Positions 35,006-48,700 of a stretch of 64,000 nt of DNA are shown in pieces. Made by a program: the position numbers and the translations under genes. Numbering within the stretch: the first letter of the stretch is position 1; each line of letters starts with the position of its first letter. A model generated the notes under the pieces. That model searched no databases. It saw nothing but the letters and a program-made list of their open reading frames with translations, and was not told where the DNA came from. Source of the DNA: Ginglymostoma cirratum (taxonomy: Eukaryota); assembly GCA_024137785.1 (NCBI GenBank), contig JAHRHZ010000085.1:2046279-2110278 (forward strand), written 5' to 3'.

Positions 35006-35739
35006 TTTTTAAGAAATAATATTTCCATCCATTTATCACTCAGCTTTAAGAATTAGAAACAAAATATAGGCAGAATTCTAACTTTCATTGAAGTGTATGA
35101 AGTTCCATCAAAACAAATTCTGCACGTTTTTCACTTTTCTTAAAACAAGCGACTGCAACAAAAAGCAAATTTGCATTTTTTTTGAAAAATAAGGAACTGT
35201 TTGATCAAATCACATGAAACAACATAACAATTAACCTTTACCATTATTTTTGAAAGTTTGCTTTAAATTTATCCTGAAAAACATTTGTTACTGAATGAAA
35301 TCTCAGGCAATGGGCATTATTGAATTTAAATTATTTCATATAGCAGCGCTCAAAGGAAACAGAAGAAAATTATCAAAAGGTCCATGAATTTTCAGCAGTG
35401 CCATAATCTTTGCACAGCAGGCCATATCTTCAAGGAACGAAAGGAACATGACAACATAGCAAGACTTACACCAGATCTGGTGTAATTACATGTGTTATCT
35501 GTATGAAATGCTGCAGTATGGAAACTGCTTGCATTACAGGCAGCACCTTGAAAAGATTGAGTCTTAACACATACATGACAAGTTGTTAAGATCAGTGAAG
35601 ATGTTCTCAGAAGAGTTGAACATGACAGCCACATCAAAAGTAATTGTAAGCACTTTGCTATCTAATTTGTAACTTCCAAAATGGTGCAATTATTTTGGGA
35701 AATTGAAACCAATATGACAAGTCACATCATATGATCTTT

Positions 35740-36620
35740 TTCTTTAAATTTTCTGCTGGAGCATGGACATTGCTGCTTGACGACCATTTATTGGCCAACC
35801 CAGTTGACCTCGAGAGGGTGGTATTGAGCTGCCTTCTGGAACTACTGCAGGTATATCCACAAGACTGTTTGGGAGGGAATTCCAGGATTTCGACCCAGTG
35901 ACAGCAAAGGAATGGTAGTATGCATCCAAGATGGAACAGTGCGTGGCTTGGAGGGGTGGGGTTTTCCAATGTATCTGCAGATGGAAATGATGGGGGTTTG
36001 GAAGCCACTGTCTGAACAACTTTGGTGAATGTCAGCACTGCACCTGGCAGATGGTACACACTGCTGTTACTGAGTGTTGGTGGCAGAGAAAGTGGATGCA
36101 GTGTTAATCAAGTGTCAGCTTTGTCAGGCTGCTGGAGTTGCACTGATCCAGGAAAATGGGGAGTATTCCACAACACTCCCGACTTGTGCCTTCTAAACGG
36201 TAGAAAGGCTTTGGGGAGTCAGGAGCTGGGTTACAAGCTGCAATATTCCTAGTCTCTGAGCTGATCTTGTAGCCAAGATTTATATGGCTAGTTCAGTACA
36301 GTTTCTGGTCAATGGTAACTCTGAGGACATTGATATTGGAGGTCTCAGTAATGGTAATGCCACTGAATGTCAACGGCCGGTGATTTGATTATCTCTTCTT
36401 GGAGATGTTCACAGCTTGTGTCATTTGTGCAGCACAAATGTTACTTGTCACTTTTCAGCCCAAGACTGGAAATTATCCAGGTCTTGTTGCATTTGGACAT
36501 AGATTGCTTCAGTATCTGAGGAGTTGTAAATGGTGCTGAACATTGTGCAGTCACTGGCAAATATCCCCACTTCTGACCTTATGATGGAAGGAAAGTCATT
36601 GGTGGAGCAACTGAAGACTT
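35740..36620 (-). mobile_element. Old CR1/L2-group LINE 3' fragment
   Basis: SKSWNSLPNS peptide; similar to 47800-48700. Confidence 0.7.
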
Positions 36621-37912
36621 TTGGACATTACAACTTTGCAAGCTATTGCCATTCTTTAATAGCCTTTCTTCTCCAATGAAATGTATTCCCAATTGCTGAA
36701 ACAGAAACTTTTAAATCCACCCTAATTAACATTCCTTCCCTTGCTCCTTCCACAGGTTCAAAACAGCTCTTTATCCAAGTTACATATGAAATTACATATG
36801 ACTGTGCCAAGTTTCATATTCTCAGCAACATACTTAACAATCTTATTCTTGTTAACAGTTCTAATTTGTTGTCCAGTTGGTAATGATATCCATCAAGTTG
36901 TTGCACTATTACTTAGAAAAAAACACTTACTTTTATGCAGGCCTGTGCAAAACAGCACACTTCAATGAGATTTACAGTTATTGAAGTATTTTGTTAGATA
37001 GCCACTTTAGTAATGGATGACATATAATAGTTATGTTTTATTGAACAATTCCTGCAAATCAAGCTGAGGTAATGCCGAGATGTTGTTTCTGTATGCATTG
37101 AGGTGCAGGTACTCTCCAGGCCACTGATGATAATTACACTGCTCTTCTTAGAAAAGAAATTGCCAAGGCATAGTTTTAAGCCAACCAAGGTGGCCCATGG
37201 GTCAACAGCTCAAGAGACTGCATCTCCAATCATGCAAGTCACCCTCAATCATGCACAAATGAAGATAACAAAGAAAAAGGGAATTTGAAGCAATCAGAAT
37301 TACTAGAGAATAAATATTTGGAAAACAAATTTTAAAAAAGAAGACCAAAATATTGCCTGGACCAGAAGGCCTAAATCAATGCTGCTCAAAGGATTGGCTG
37401 CAGTGATAATGGTTGCATGGGTTGAAAACTTTCAACTTTGACAGAGGAACAGGCCAGATGGATTAGAAAAATGCAAGGTAACATTGCTTTAGAGAAGGAG
37501 AAAGGCAAGTGAAGTAACCCATAGGTTACCAGGTTGTCTGAAATGCAAGACTGGTGAAGTCTCAAATCCAGTTGAAATGAGGTCGGAGCAGGACATTTAG
37601 AAATTTGTATTCAAATCAGGCAGTGTTAACATGTCTGTGAATGTCTAGTGCTTGATAAACTTATTATATTAACTTCATTATATTAAATGTAATGAGTAAG
37701 TGGATCAAAGAGAATGAATAGATGCAGTGTACCTGGAAATCCAAAATGGCATCTGTGCGGAATCACAGAAAATATTCAGGCACAAGGTAAGAGCTCATAG
37801 TAACAGGGGTATTGTGTACATGTGCATAATTGACTGTCTTACCTGCAGGACTCCATACACAGGAATAGAGTTTATTTTTGTTTGACAGTGTCTCCAATTA
37901 AATGTAGCAGTC

Positions 37913-38240
37913 CGGTAGCATGGTGGCTCAGTGGTTAGCGCTGCTGCCTCACAGCGCCAAGGACCTGGGTTTGATTCCACACTCAGCTGATTGTGTGGAG
38001 TTTGCACATTCTCTCCATGTCTGCGTGGGTTTGTTCCAGTTTCAATGATGTGTAGATAAGATGGATTGGCCATGCTAAATTGCTCACCGTGTTCAGGGAT
38101 GTGCAGGCTATGTGCATTAGCCATGAGAAATGCAGGGATAAGGTAAGGGGATGGATCTGGGTAGGATGCTTTTCAGAGGTTTGGTCAGTATGGACCTGTT
38201 GGGCTGAATGGCCTTTATTCCACACTGTAGGGGTTCTATG
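37913..38240 (+). mobile_element. HE1-like SINE
   Basis: A and B boxes, core and tail as in 19456-19768. Confidence 0.88.
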
Positions 38241-39654
38241 GTAACCTGTAACTAGCAGAGTACTGGTTTGTTTATGACGCATTTCACTGGCTTCAATCAA
38301 ACAGACTTCTGGATGCATTAAGCAACATTATGTTCCTTAATCTCTGCGGAAACCGTTAAAATGATCCAGTCTTGTCTGTATTCAATTCTAGGCCGACAAT
38401 GTTATTGGCTTTAAAGTACACTTTAAAATACTCAAGTCTGACAATCAGTTGTACAATCCACAACAGTAAAGTCAAAAAGGTACAAAACTAGATGGGTTCC
38501 CTGCAGACATAAATGGTTTCAAAGCAAATAGCAGCCGTGGAGATCAGAAGTAGTCTGTCAACTATTCACCAATTACCTGTATGTCGTGACTAAATGCATC
38601 ATAACCCAATTTCCCGAGGATATGTAGGTGGTTAGACTGTCAGTGGAATATAACAACTGAGGGAAACAGATAAATTAAGAGAGTTAGCTAACGTTTAATG
38701 GTTAGTTTCTAATTATGAAAATGTTCTGATGCTAGGAAACGGCAAAAGAATTTGTAAAATGAAGTAAAAAGAAGAATCCGGTGGGACAGATATTTCTGAA
38801 TATCTTTCTACATTAATCACATAAAAAGTTTATATTTCTTCCCTTTCAAGAAGTTAGCATGCAATAACAGCTAACTACAAAGGCAAAAGGACGTTGATCT
38901 CTACTGGATAAGATGGAGTATTAAATATGTAATACTTGCCACAATTCTACAAGGCCATTGTATGACCACATCTAATATACAGCATATAAATGCAATATCC
39001 AAATTAAAAAAAAGAGATATACTTGGATTTCAAAGGATTGTGTGGCAGTTGATTCAGTTGATAAATTAGGTGATGAAGTTGTCTTATTATCATTTATTAG
39101 ATTTTTAAAAAATGATATGCTTATTGAATCAAAAGATTCTGAGTGTGGTTTACTCTTAATTGCCGTCTGGACAACTAGGTATGGGCAATAACTGCTGATG
39201 TAGCAAATGATGCCTTTATGCTATGAATGAATAGGAAAACCAAGATTTGTGGAATTTTAATAGGTGTAAATAGAAATTAGAACATACAAAATAAAAACAC
39301 AAGCTCATGGAGAAGATTTACATGGACAAGGCCAGAAATATGCTGGTTTCCCTAAAAACAATATATTCATGGCCTAACTCTTCACACATTTAGAAAAAGA
39401 CATTAGGGTGGACTGTCAATGTTTTTTTTTTAAATTGTGGAAGTTCTTATCGAATGAACAGGAAGAGAATGTTTCCTTATGGAGAAGAACATAAAGAGAA
39501 GCCTGGCCAACATTTACTGTCTAGACCGCAATTAAGAGTCAATTACATTAATCTGGATCAGAGCCACATGTAGGCCTGCTCATGATGCCACCTCCTCTAA
39601 TTTAGGAGAAAATTCAAAAAGCTTAAGGAGAGTCAAGTAGAGGTTTACCATGTA

Positions 39655-39995
39655 AAATCCAAAAGAACAGTGGATGCTGTAAATCAGAAACAAATGTCAG
39701 TGGACAAGAAAGATGATTGGAATGGAACGTGCTGACAGTCTCTATTAACAGCTATTCACCCTCCTAGCCAGATCGTTAACCACTCCTTTGTCTGTCTAAC
39801 TGCCCTTCTCTCTCTTTGGGGTCTATCCCCAACTACTCCTATCCCCTCCCCCCTCACCCTATCTTCTGCGTACAAACCAACATTTTTTCTAGCTACCATC
39901 AGTTTTGAGGAAGGGTCACCAGACATGAAACATTAACTCTGATTTTTCTTCACAGATGCTGCCAGAACTGCTGTGCTTTTCCAGCAACTTGTGCA
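39655..39995 (+). mobile_element. PLE family B pLTR
   Basis: Matches the reverse complement of 44024-44290. Confidence 0.72.
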
Positions 39996-41134
39996 GAGGT
40001 TTGCCATGATAGATGGATAATAGTTAAATAGCTACATGACAGATTAAGAAGAAGAAATCTTTTATGAGCCTTAGTGGAGCATTAATGATATTTGCAGTTG
40101 CTTAGACTGAATAGTTTCTGCTGTATCTCATATTTCATACCATGTAATTCATGGAAATATTAATTCCTCTCTTCTTCCACAACATGAATGAGAGTCTTCA
40201 CACATTCATAAACCTTTGCTTATGTTGCTTGCTAAAGTTTCAGAAATGTTCACTGATTCTGTCTCTACATCCATCTGGGGAAGTGGATTCCACAGATCTA
40301 GCACACAGGAGAAGAGATAAGAATAATTAATCATGCTAAATTCAGGACTGTTTATTTTCAAACTGTGTCTGACAGTTCTAGTCTCTCCTATAAAGGGAAA
40401 CATTGACTCAGTATTTATTTGTCGCAAAAATGTTTTTGTACACATTCTAAGACATCAGAGTATAATTGCTGATGTGATTTATGTTGATCAAATTCAGCCT
40501 TGATTATTGTAGAACCCTTGCTGTACTCATCAACAATTTGCTATTTAATACCATTCCCCACTCTGTGGTGGTCTATAGACAACTCCACGATTGCCTTCCT
40601 ACCCTCATTACTTCTTAACTCTGCCAAGACCAATTTTGCACAGATTTTCTGTGCCAAGGTTCTTTTTCACTGTTGCAGATATCATCTTTAACTGACAATA
40701 CCACCACGCTCTGTTATCCTTTTTGTCTGTCCCACGTAAATACTGAATGCCAATGGGTACTCAGTTCACAGCCTTCATCACCTGGCAAACTTACCTTTGC
40801 AATCAGAATCATATCATGCTAAAGAATCTAAACCCCCTACCTTCTACATGTTCCCTCCAGCTAAGTAATCGACTGGTCTGTTCTCCTACTTCTGATCTCA
40901 AGAGCCATGGGACTGGCAGTAACCTGATTTCACCTTATTTGGTAACCTACTTTTCAAATTTATTTCCTAGCTCCTTACATCCTGCTCCCAGGGCTTCATT
41001 CCTCTTTTACCCACGTCATTAGCATCAAAACAGTCATGCAGCTTTTCAGCTCCTGGCGTCTGGACAGGTTTTCAACTTCTGGTTCCCTAACAGTTGAGGA
41101 TGCAGAAAGAAAAGAGAGATAAAAAACATTCCCT

Positions 41135-44022
41135 GATCATCTGGTGCAGGATGTCCTGAAGAAGGAGGGTGACCATTCAGAGTTTGTGGTCCATATTGGT
41201 AAGAACAAAATAGGCAGATAAAAAGATGAGGCCCTGGAAAGGGAGCTGAGGATGTTAGGTAGGAAAGTAGAAAGCAGGATCTCTAGGGTCATAACCTCTG
41301 GATTACTTCCTGTGCCACATGCCAGTGAGGATAGGATGAGAAATATGGTACAGTTAAATATTTGGCTAAAGAGCTGGTATAGGACGGAGGGCATAGGTGC
41401 ATGGATCATTGGGATGTCTTCTGGGGCAGGTGGGAATTGTACAAGAAGGACAAGTTGCACCTAAACTGGACAGGCAAAAACATGCTGGCAGGGAGGTTTG
41501 CTGGTACCACGCAGGAGGGTTTAAACTAGTATGGCAGGGGTGGGAACAAGAGGAGTGCATCAGCAAGTTAAATGACCAAAGAGGAGTCTGAGACGAGGAC
41601 CAGTAAAACTAAGAGGAAGAACGGACAAGGAGAGATTACTGAACATGGTGGGACTTGTAGTCTGAGGTGTATTATTTTGATGCGAGGAGTATGACAGGGA
41701 AGGAAGATGAACTTCGAGCATGCTTTAATGTATACAACCACGATGTTACAGCTATTACAGAGACTTGATTAAGAGAGGGTCTTGACTAGCAGCTTAACAT
41801 TCCAGGATTTAGATATTTCAGGTGACATACAGAGGGATGTAAAAGAGGTGGGGGAGCTGTGTTACAGGTAAGGGAGAATATCATCACTGTACTGAGGGTG
41901 GACACCTTGGAGGGTTCATCCAGCGAGACCAAATGGATAGAGTTTAGGAATAGGAAGGGTACAATCACTTCGATGGGACTGTACGACAGGCCTCCCAACA
42001 GCCAGTGAGTGATAGAGAAACAGGTTTGTGGGTAGGTTATGGAAGAGTGTGAAAACAAAAGGTTGTTTTGGGGAGTGAATTTAACTTCCCCAATATTGAC
42101 TGGGACTTGTTTAGTGCCCGGGCTTGGATATGGAAGAATTTGTTAGATTTGTCCAGGACAGTTTTGAAATAATGTACACATAGTCCAATTAGGGAAGGGA
42201 CCATACTAGGCCTAGTATTGGTGAATGAGCCTGGCCAGGTGATTGAAGGTTCACTGGGGAAGCATTTAGGGAACAGTGCAATAATTCTGCAAGTTTTATG
42301 TTCCTTCTTAAGGGTAGGAATAACAATAATCCTCAGATGAAAGTATGAATCTGGGGGAAGGCTAACTGCCACAATATTAGGCAGGAACTGTGGAATGTAG
42401 ACTGGGGGTAGCTGTTTGAAGGTAACTCCACATCTGGCATCTGGAAACCTTTCAAAAGGCCAGTTGATTAGAGCTCAGGACCAGTATGTTCCTGTGAAAG
42501 TGAAAAATGAGGATGGCAAGATTTGGGAACCTTGAAGAGAAGAGAAATTGAGCACTTAGCCAGGAAGAAAAATGAGACATAAGTGAGCTTGACGAAAGTG
42601 AAGTCAGACGAAGCCCTTGAAGAATACAAAGTTAGCAGGAAAGAAGTTAAACAGGAATTAGGAGGGATAAAAGGGGCCAATAAATATATTTGGCAAACAG
42701 GATTAAGGATGGTCCAAAGGCATTTATACATAAGTAAGGAGAAACAGGTAGCTGGAAAAGGGTAGGTCCACTTAAGGACAAAAGAGGACAAAAGAGTGTC
42801 AAGCTAGAGGAAGTGGCTGAGGTCCTTAATGAATACTATGCATCAGTATCCACAAAGGAGAGTTAAACATATCGAATGAGTCTCAGGAGGGGCATGTCAT
42901 TATTCTGGGGCATGACAACATAGCAAGGACATATTGGGCATTTTGAAAAGCATTAAGACAGACAAGTCCACAGGACCTGATGGAAACTTTCCCAGAATGC
43001 TGAGAATGGGGGGGTGTGGTGGGGGGTTGGGCGGTGGCGGTGGGATAGTCAGGTGAGGAAATTGCTGGGGCCTAGTATGAAATATTTGTATCCTCTTTTG
43101 TCACAGGTGAGGTCCCAGAAGATTGGAGAATAGCCAACTTTGTTCCTTTGTTTAAAGGAGGGCACAGGGATAATCTGAGACATTGCAGGCCTGTGAGTCT
43201 TACATCAGTTGTCGGGAAATTACCAGAGAAGGTTCTTAGGGATAGGATTTACTTACATTGGAAAATATGAATTTATGAACTATTGGCAGCATGGCTTTGT
43301 GCGGAGAAGTCCCATCTTAAAAACTTGCTTGAGTTTTTTGAGGAATTGACAAAGATGATTAAGAGGGCAGAGCATTAGATATTGTCTGTGTGGACTTTAG
43401 TAAAGCCTTTGACAAGGTCAGTTTTGGCAGGCTGATACCAATGGTGAAGTTACATGGGATCTGTGGTGAGCTGGTAAGATGGATACAGAACTAGCTGAGT
43501 CATGAAAGAGGGACAGAAGTGATGGAAGGGTTTTTTTCTCTCTGACTGGAGATCTGTGACCAGTGGTGTTCCACAGGGATCAGTGTTGGAACCTTTGTTG
43601 TTTGTAATATGTGTAAATGATTTGGAGGAGAAAGTAGGTGCCTTGACCAGTAAGTTTTCAGATGACACAAAGAATGGGGACTTGTAGATAGTGAGGAGGA
43701 TTGGCAGAGGATACAGCAGGACTATATGTAGGCTGGAGATGGGTGGGGAAAAGGCAGATGAAGTTTAATCCAGGCAAGTGTGAGATGATGCATTTTGGAA
43801 GATCTAATGCAGGACAGAAAAGTATATAATAAATGGCAGAACCCTTAGTAGTATCAACATATAGAGGGATCTGTGAATTCAGATCCATTGTTCTCTGAAA
43901 TTGGCAAAATGTGGATAAGATGGTCAAGAAGGCATATAGCATGCTAGCCTTCATTGGCCAGGGAATAAAATCTAAAAATTGGCAAATCATGTTGCAGCTT
44001 TATAGAACTTTAGTTCGGCCAC
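41135..44022 (+). mobile_element. Long degenerate CR1 (ORF1 SGNH-esterase remnant, APE endonuclease, RT), cut off at its 3' end by a PLE
   Basis: VVHIG, ITSGLLPVP, LHLN (ORF1); FNFPNIDW (endonuclease); DFSKAFD, GVPQGSVLEP, FSDDTK (RT). Confidence 0.88.
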
Positions 44023-46120
44023 AAAAACAGAAGTTGCTGGAAAAGCTCAGTAGGTCTGGCAGCATCTGTGAAGAAAAAAAATCAGAGTTAATGTTTTGGG
44101 TTCTTCCTCAGAACTGATGGTATCTGAGAAAACGTCGGCTTATACGCAGAAATTAGGGAGGGGGATGGAGTAGGGTGTAAACGACAGGATAGAGCCTGAA
44201 GAGACAGAAGAGCAGTTGGACAGACAAAGGAGTTGATAACGATCTGGCTGGGACAGTGAATATTTGTTAATGGGGGCTGTTAGTGACTAACAGTAGGTAG
44301 TGTGTAATGGCAGGCTATGTGATAACAGGGCCTGGGGAGTAGGGTTGGGGGCTGGGAATGGGAGAGTTTAGGCCCTAAAATTATTGAACTTGATATTGAG
44401 CCTGGAGGGTTGCAGGGTCCCCAAGCCGAAAATGAGATGTTGTTCTTCCAGCTTGCGTTGAGCTTCACTGGAACGCTGCAGCAAGCTAGAGACAAAGATG
44501 TTGGCCAGGGAACAGGGTGGTGTGTTAAAGTGGCAGGCAACAAGTAGCTCAGGTCCTTTTTTTTTGCAAGCAGAATGTAGATGTTCTGTGAAGCGGTCAC
44601 CCAGTCTATGCTTTGTTACCCCAATGTAGAGGAGACCACATTGTGAGCAACGAATGCAGTAGACTAGATTCTGGGAAGTGCAGGTGAAGTGTTGCTTCAC
44701 CTGGAAGGTATGTTTGGCTACTGGGGAGGGAGGTGGTAAATGGGTAGGTGTTGCACCTTCGTCGGTTGCAGGGGAAGGTGCCATAGGGTGGTGTGGAGGT
44801 GTTGGGGGTGAAGGAAGTGTGGACCAGGGTGTCCCGGAAGGAACAGTCCCTGCGGAAGGCGGACAAGGGAGGGGAGGGGAATAATTTCTGGTGGTGGCAT
44901 CTTGCTGGAGGTGGTAGAAATGGCTTCTGATGATCTTCTGGATGTGGATGCTGGTGGGATGGTAAGTAACTATTGTTATAGTGGGATGGGAGAGAAGGGG
45001 TGTGGGTGGAAGTGCGGGAGATGGGTCGGACCCAGTTGAGGGCCCTGTCGACAACAGTGCTGGGGAATCCTTAGTTGAGGAAGTAGGTAGACATGTCGGA
45101 GGGTCCCTTGTCAAAGTTGGCCTCATCTGAACATATGCAACAGAGATGGAGGAACTGAGAAAATGGGATGGAATCTTTACGGGATGCAGGGTGTGAGAAT
45201 GTATAGTCCAGGTAGCTGTGAGAGTCAATGGGTTTATAGTGGATATTAGTGAGCAGTCCATCCTCAGAAATGGAAACAGAGAAGTCGAGGAAGGGAAGGG
45301 AGGAGTCAGAGATAGACCAGTTGAAAGTGAGGGCAGGGTGGAAATTGGAAGCAAAATCAATGAACTTTTCCAGTTCTGGATGAGAGAGGGAAGCAGCACC
45401 AATGATGTGATCGATATATCAGACGAAGAGTTGTGGGTGGGGGCCGGAATAGGCTGGAACAAGGTAAGTTCCATGTAACCCAGGAAGAGACAGGCATAAC
45501 TGGGGCCCATGAGGGTACCCATGGTCACGCCTCTGACCTGAAGAAAATGAGAGGTGTTAAAAGAGAAGTTGTTGAGGGTGAGGATGGGCTCGGCCAAGCA
45601 GAGGAGGATGGTGGTAGGTGGGGATGGTTCTACATTGGAGAGGCTGAGCGCCAGCTCTCAGATTCTTCCTCCTATTTTCCCTTGGTCCATGACCCCACCA
45701 TGACGCATCAGGCCTTTGTAACTACTACGGTAACTGATCTCATTCCATCTGTTGACTATCACCCACTGCTTCCAAGCTGATAGTAACCCAGCCCCACACA
45801 GTTTGCTTCTACCTCCTTCCAAAGATTCACAAAGAGGACTGTTCAGGCAAACCCATTGTTTCAGACTGGTCCTGCCCCACAGAACTTATCTCTTCTGACC
45901 TTGACTCCTCTCCCCCGGTCCAGTCCTTGCCCATGTACATCCGTGATTCCTCTGACGCTTTCCACTGGTTTCAAAACTTCCAGTTTGCAGGTTCCAGCTG
46001 CCTCCTCTTCACCATGGATATGCAATCCCTTTATATGTCCATCCCCTACCAGGAAGGTCTTAGGGCTCTCCGATTCCTCCCGGAGAAAGGACCTGTACCG
46101 TCCCCATCTACCACCATCCT
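44023..46120 (-). mobile_element. PLE family B copy (RT, GIY-YIG, pLTR) with an inverted 5' segment at 45628-46120
   Basis: ILTLNNFSFN, GVTMGTLMGPSYACLF and VYCIRCSQCGLLYIG on minus; PKIHK and FTMDMQSLYMSIP on plus. Confidence 0.92.
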
Positions 46121-46370
46121 ACCATTGTCTCTCTTTCAAATTACTGGGAACCAACTCATTCATATGACAGGAAATTACAAAACAAACAATTAAACCACCC
46201 TCATATTTGGCTGATCATATCTGCTCTGCAGCACATACTTGGATTTGCTTGATTGGCCCAAGATCTGGGCCTCTAAGGGGGTCTTGACTTAAAACAGTAA
46301 ATTCAGGTAAAATGCTAAATGTCAGACAAGCGGGCCTAGATTTTATACTAGATTACCTTTAAATCTTTTA

Positions 46371-46371
<1 letters not shown>

Positions 46372-46409
<38 letters not shown>
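46372..46409. repeat. (CA)n microsatellite
   Basis: Seen directly. Confidence 0.95.
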
Positions 46410-46412
<3 letters not shown>

Positions 46413-46490
46413 AACTCTGAAGCAAAGTATATGACAGGCAATCATAAGAAAAATTAAGCTAGTTACTTCATTGCTGATTTCAATTTCTTT

Positions 46491-46630
46491 CATAGAATTT
46501 CATAGAATCCCTACAGCGTGGAAACAGGCCCTACAGCGTGGAAACAGGCCCTTCGGCCCAACAAGTCCACACTGACCCTCAGAGCATCCCATCCCCCATC
46601 CCCCACCTAACCTAAACATCCCTGAACATT
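46491..46630 (-). mobile_element. SINE 3' fragment with a 20-bp tandem duplication
   Basis: ccctacagcgtggaaacagg occurs twice, followed by the SINE tail. Confidence 0.8.
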
Positions 46631-46846
46631 GCTTCACCACAAGTCCTAACTTTAAGTAAAGTACTTAAACACAGGTAAGCAGTCCAATGACAAACAGATG
46701 ACATGATTGGTTGTTTTATTCACAACTTTCACTATGGTATGCAACATTGGACACTCCTTTCTCAGGTGTTTCTCCTTTTACATCTTCTTGGTTAGTCTCA
46801 TATTTTGATCCTTTTTCTTTATTTTGGTGGTGCTTTCTTCGTTGAT

Positions 46847-47073
46847 TGTAACAAGGTCAGCCAAGTGGATTGCATGGAATATGAGTTCCCTAATTGCGGC
46901 TGTTAGTCTGGTCCAGTCAGGGAGCCCTGGCTGTCAGATATAAACAGGAGGGTCAGAGGTTTTGTTCACTCCGAGAGCTTCCTCTGAGGATGCCGCACCA
47001 TTGTCAAGCACAATGCACATGTAAATAAAGGGTGACTTCGTGACTGGATACTGGCCTCTGTGGAGTTAATTCA
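46847..47073 (+). mobile_element. Probable short solo LTR
   Basis: TGTAAC...TTCA termini, TATA-like gatataaac and AATAAA; no TSD seen. Confidence 0.5.
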
Positions 47074-47799
47074 CTTCCCTTTCTTCCTTTGCAACAGTTT
47101 TTTTTTAAGCCGGTGCCTTCATTTGTTTTGAGCTTGTTTTTGATGGTGCAGGTTTCACAGACATTCTTGTAGACTTCTTTTCTGGCTCCTCTCTTGACAC
47201 TCCAGCATTCTTGCACGTGAGTGGCATGGTGACTCAATGGACCAAAACAAACTAAAGATGGAAGGAAGAAAAAAAAACTAAAAGGGGTAGTTTAATCATA
47301 CCATAACTTAGTTACAATCATATCATAACTTAGTAGCTTGAGTACTCAAAATATTGTTTAATTGGATAGAGGCTGAACAGATCTTGCAACTCAATGTTGA
47401 GCCTTTGGGAATCATTGTGCAAAATAATCAAGAAAGAATCGTCTGATAATCTACAACTGTAAAGTCTACATACAGTTCATTATCTTCCTGGCTCCTCCAA
47501 CATCATCAAACAAGGGATAACATCTGGGTCAACTAGTAGGCCTGGAGAACATAGCTGGAATAATACCAATTAACACTGGTATTACTCTATCTAATGTATC
47601 TATAAAATAGACACCCAAACAAGTCAAGGTAAAACACCTAACTACATCCATCCTAACCAGTACGAGCAACATTCGATAAACAGATCATACAATAACCAAT
47701 GTATAAGGTCACTGCTCAGCAATGTTGTCAAAGATGATTAAGAAAGATAATGGACAATGAGCAACTGATTGTCAGAGAACGATGCCGAAACATATTCTT

Positions 47800-48700
47800 C
47801 TTTTAAAATTTACTCGTGGGACATAGGCATCGCTGACTGGCCAGCATTTATTGCCCATCCCTAGGTGCCCTTGAGAGGTGGTGGTGATTTGCCTTTTGAA
47901 TTGCTGGAGTCCATGTTCCGTTGCTTGACACACAATGTTCTTAGGAAGGGAATTCCAGGATTTTGAGCCAGTAACAGAGAAGGAACGTGATATATTTCCA
48001 GGTCAGGATTGTGAGTGGCTTGGAGGGAAACTTGCATGTGGTGGTATTCCCATGTATCTGCTACCCATGTCCTTCTAGATGGAAGTGGTCATGAGTGTGT
48101 AAGGTGCTGTCTAAGGATCTTTGGTGAATTTCTGCAGTGGATCTTGTAGATTGTACACACCGCTGCTACTGAACATTGGTTGTGGATGGAGGGGATGCTT
48201 GCGGAAATTGTGCCAACCAAACAGGCTGCTTTGTTCTGGATGATGTCAAGCTTATTGAGAGTTGTTGGAGCTGCACCCATCCAGGCAAGTGGGGAGTATT
48301 CCATCATGTTCCTGACTTCTACCTTGTAGACGCTGGCTGATTTTGGGGAGTCAGGAGGTGAGTTACTTGCCACAGTTTTCCTAACCTCTGACCTGCTCTT
48401 GTAGCCATTTTTTTGTGTCAAGATAGTGACTGTTTCAGTGTTGGTAGCGCCATTGAATGTCAAGGAGTTGTGGTTAGATTGTCTCTTATTGGAGATGGTC
48501 ATTGTTTAGCATCCATGTGATGTGAATGTTACTTGCCACTTGTCAGTTAAAGTTTGGGTATTGTCCAGACTTTGTTTCAATTGAACATGGACTGCTTCAG
48601 CATTTCAGGAGTCGTGAATGGTGCTGAACATTGTGCAATTACCAGCAAACAACCCCACTTCTGACCTGATAATGAAGGGAAGGTCAATGATAAAGCGATC
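47800..48700 (-). mobile_element. Old CR1/L2-group LINE 3' fragment
   Basis: YKVEVRNMMEYSPLAWMGAAPTTLNKLDIIQNKAACL. Confidence 0.8.
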
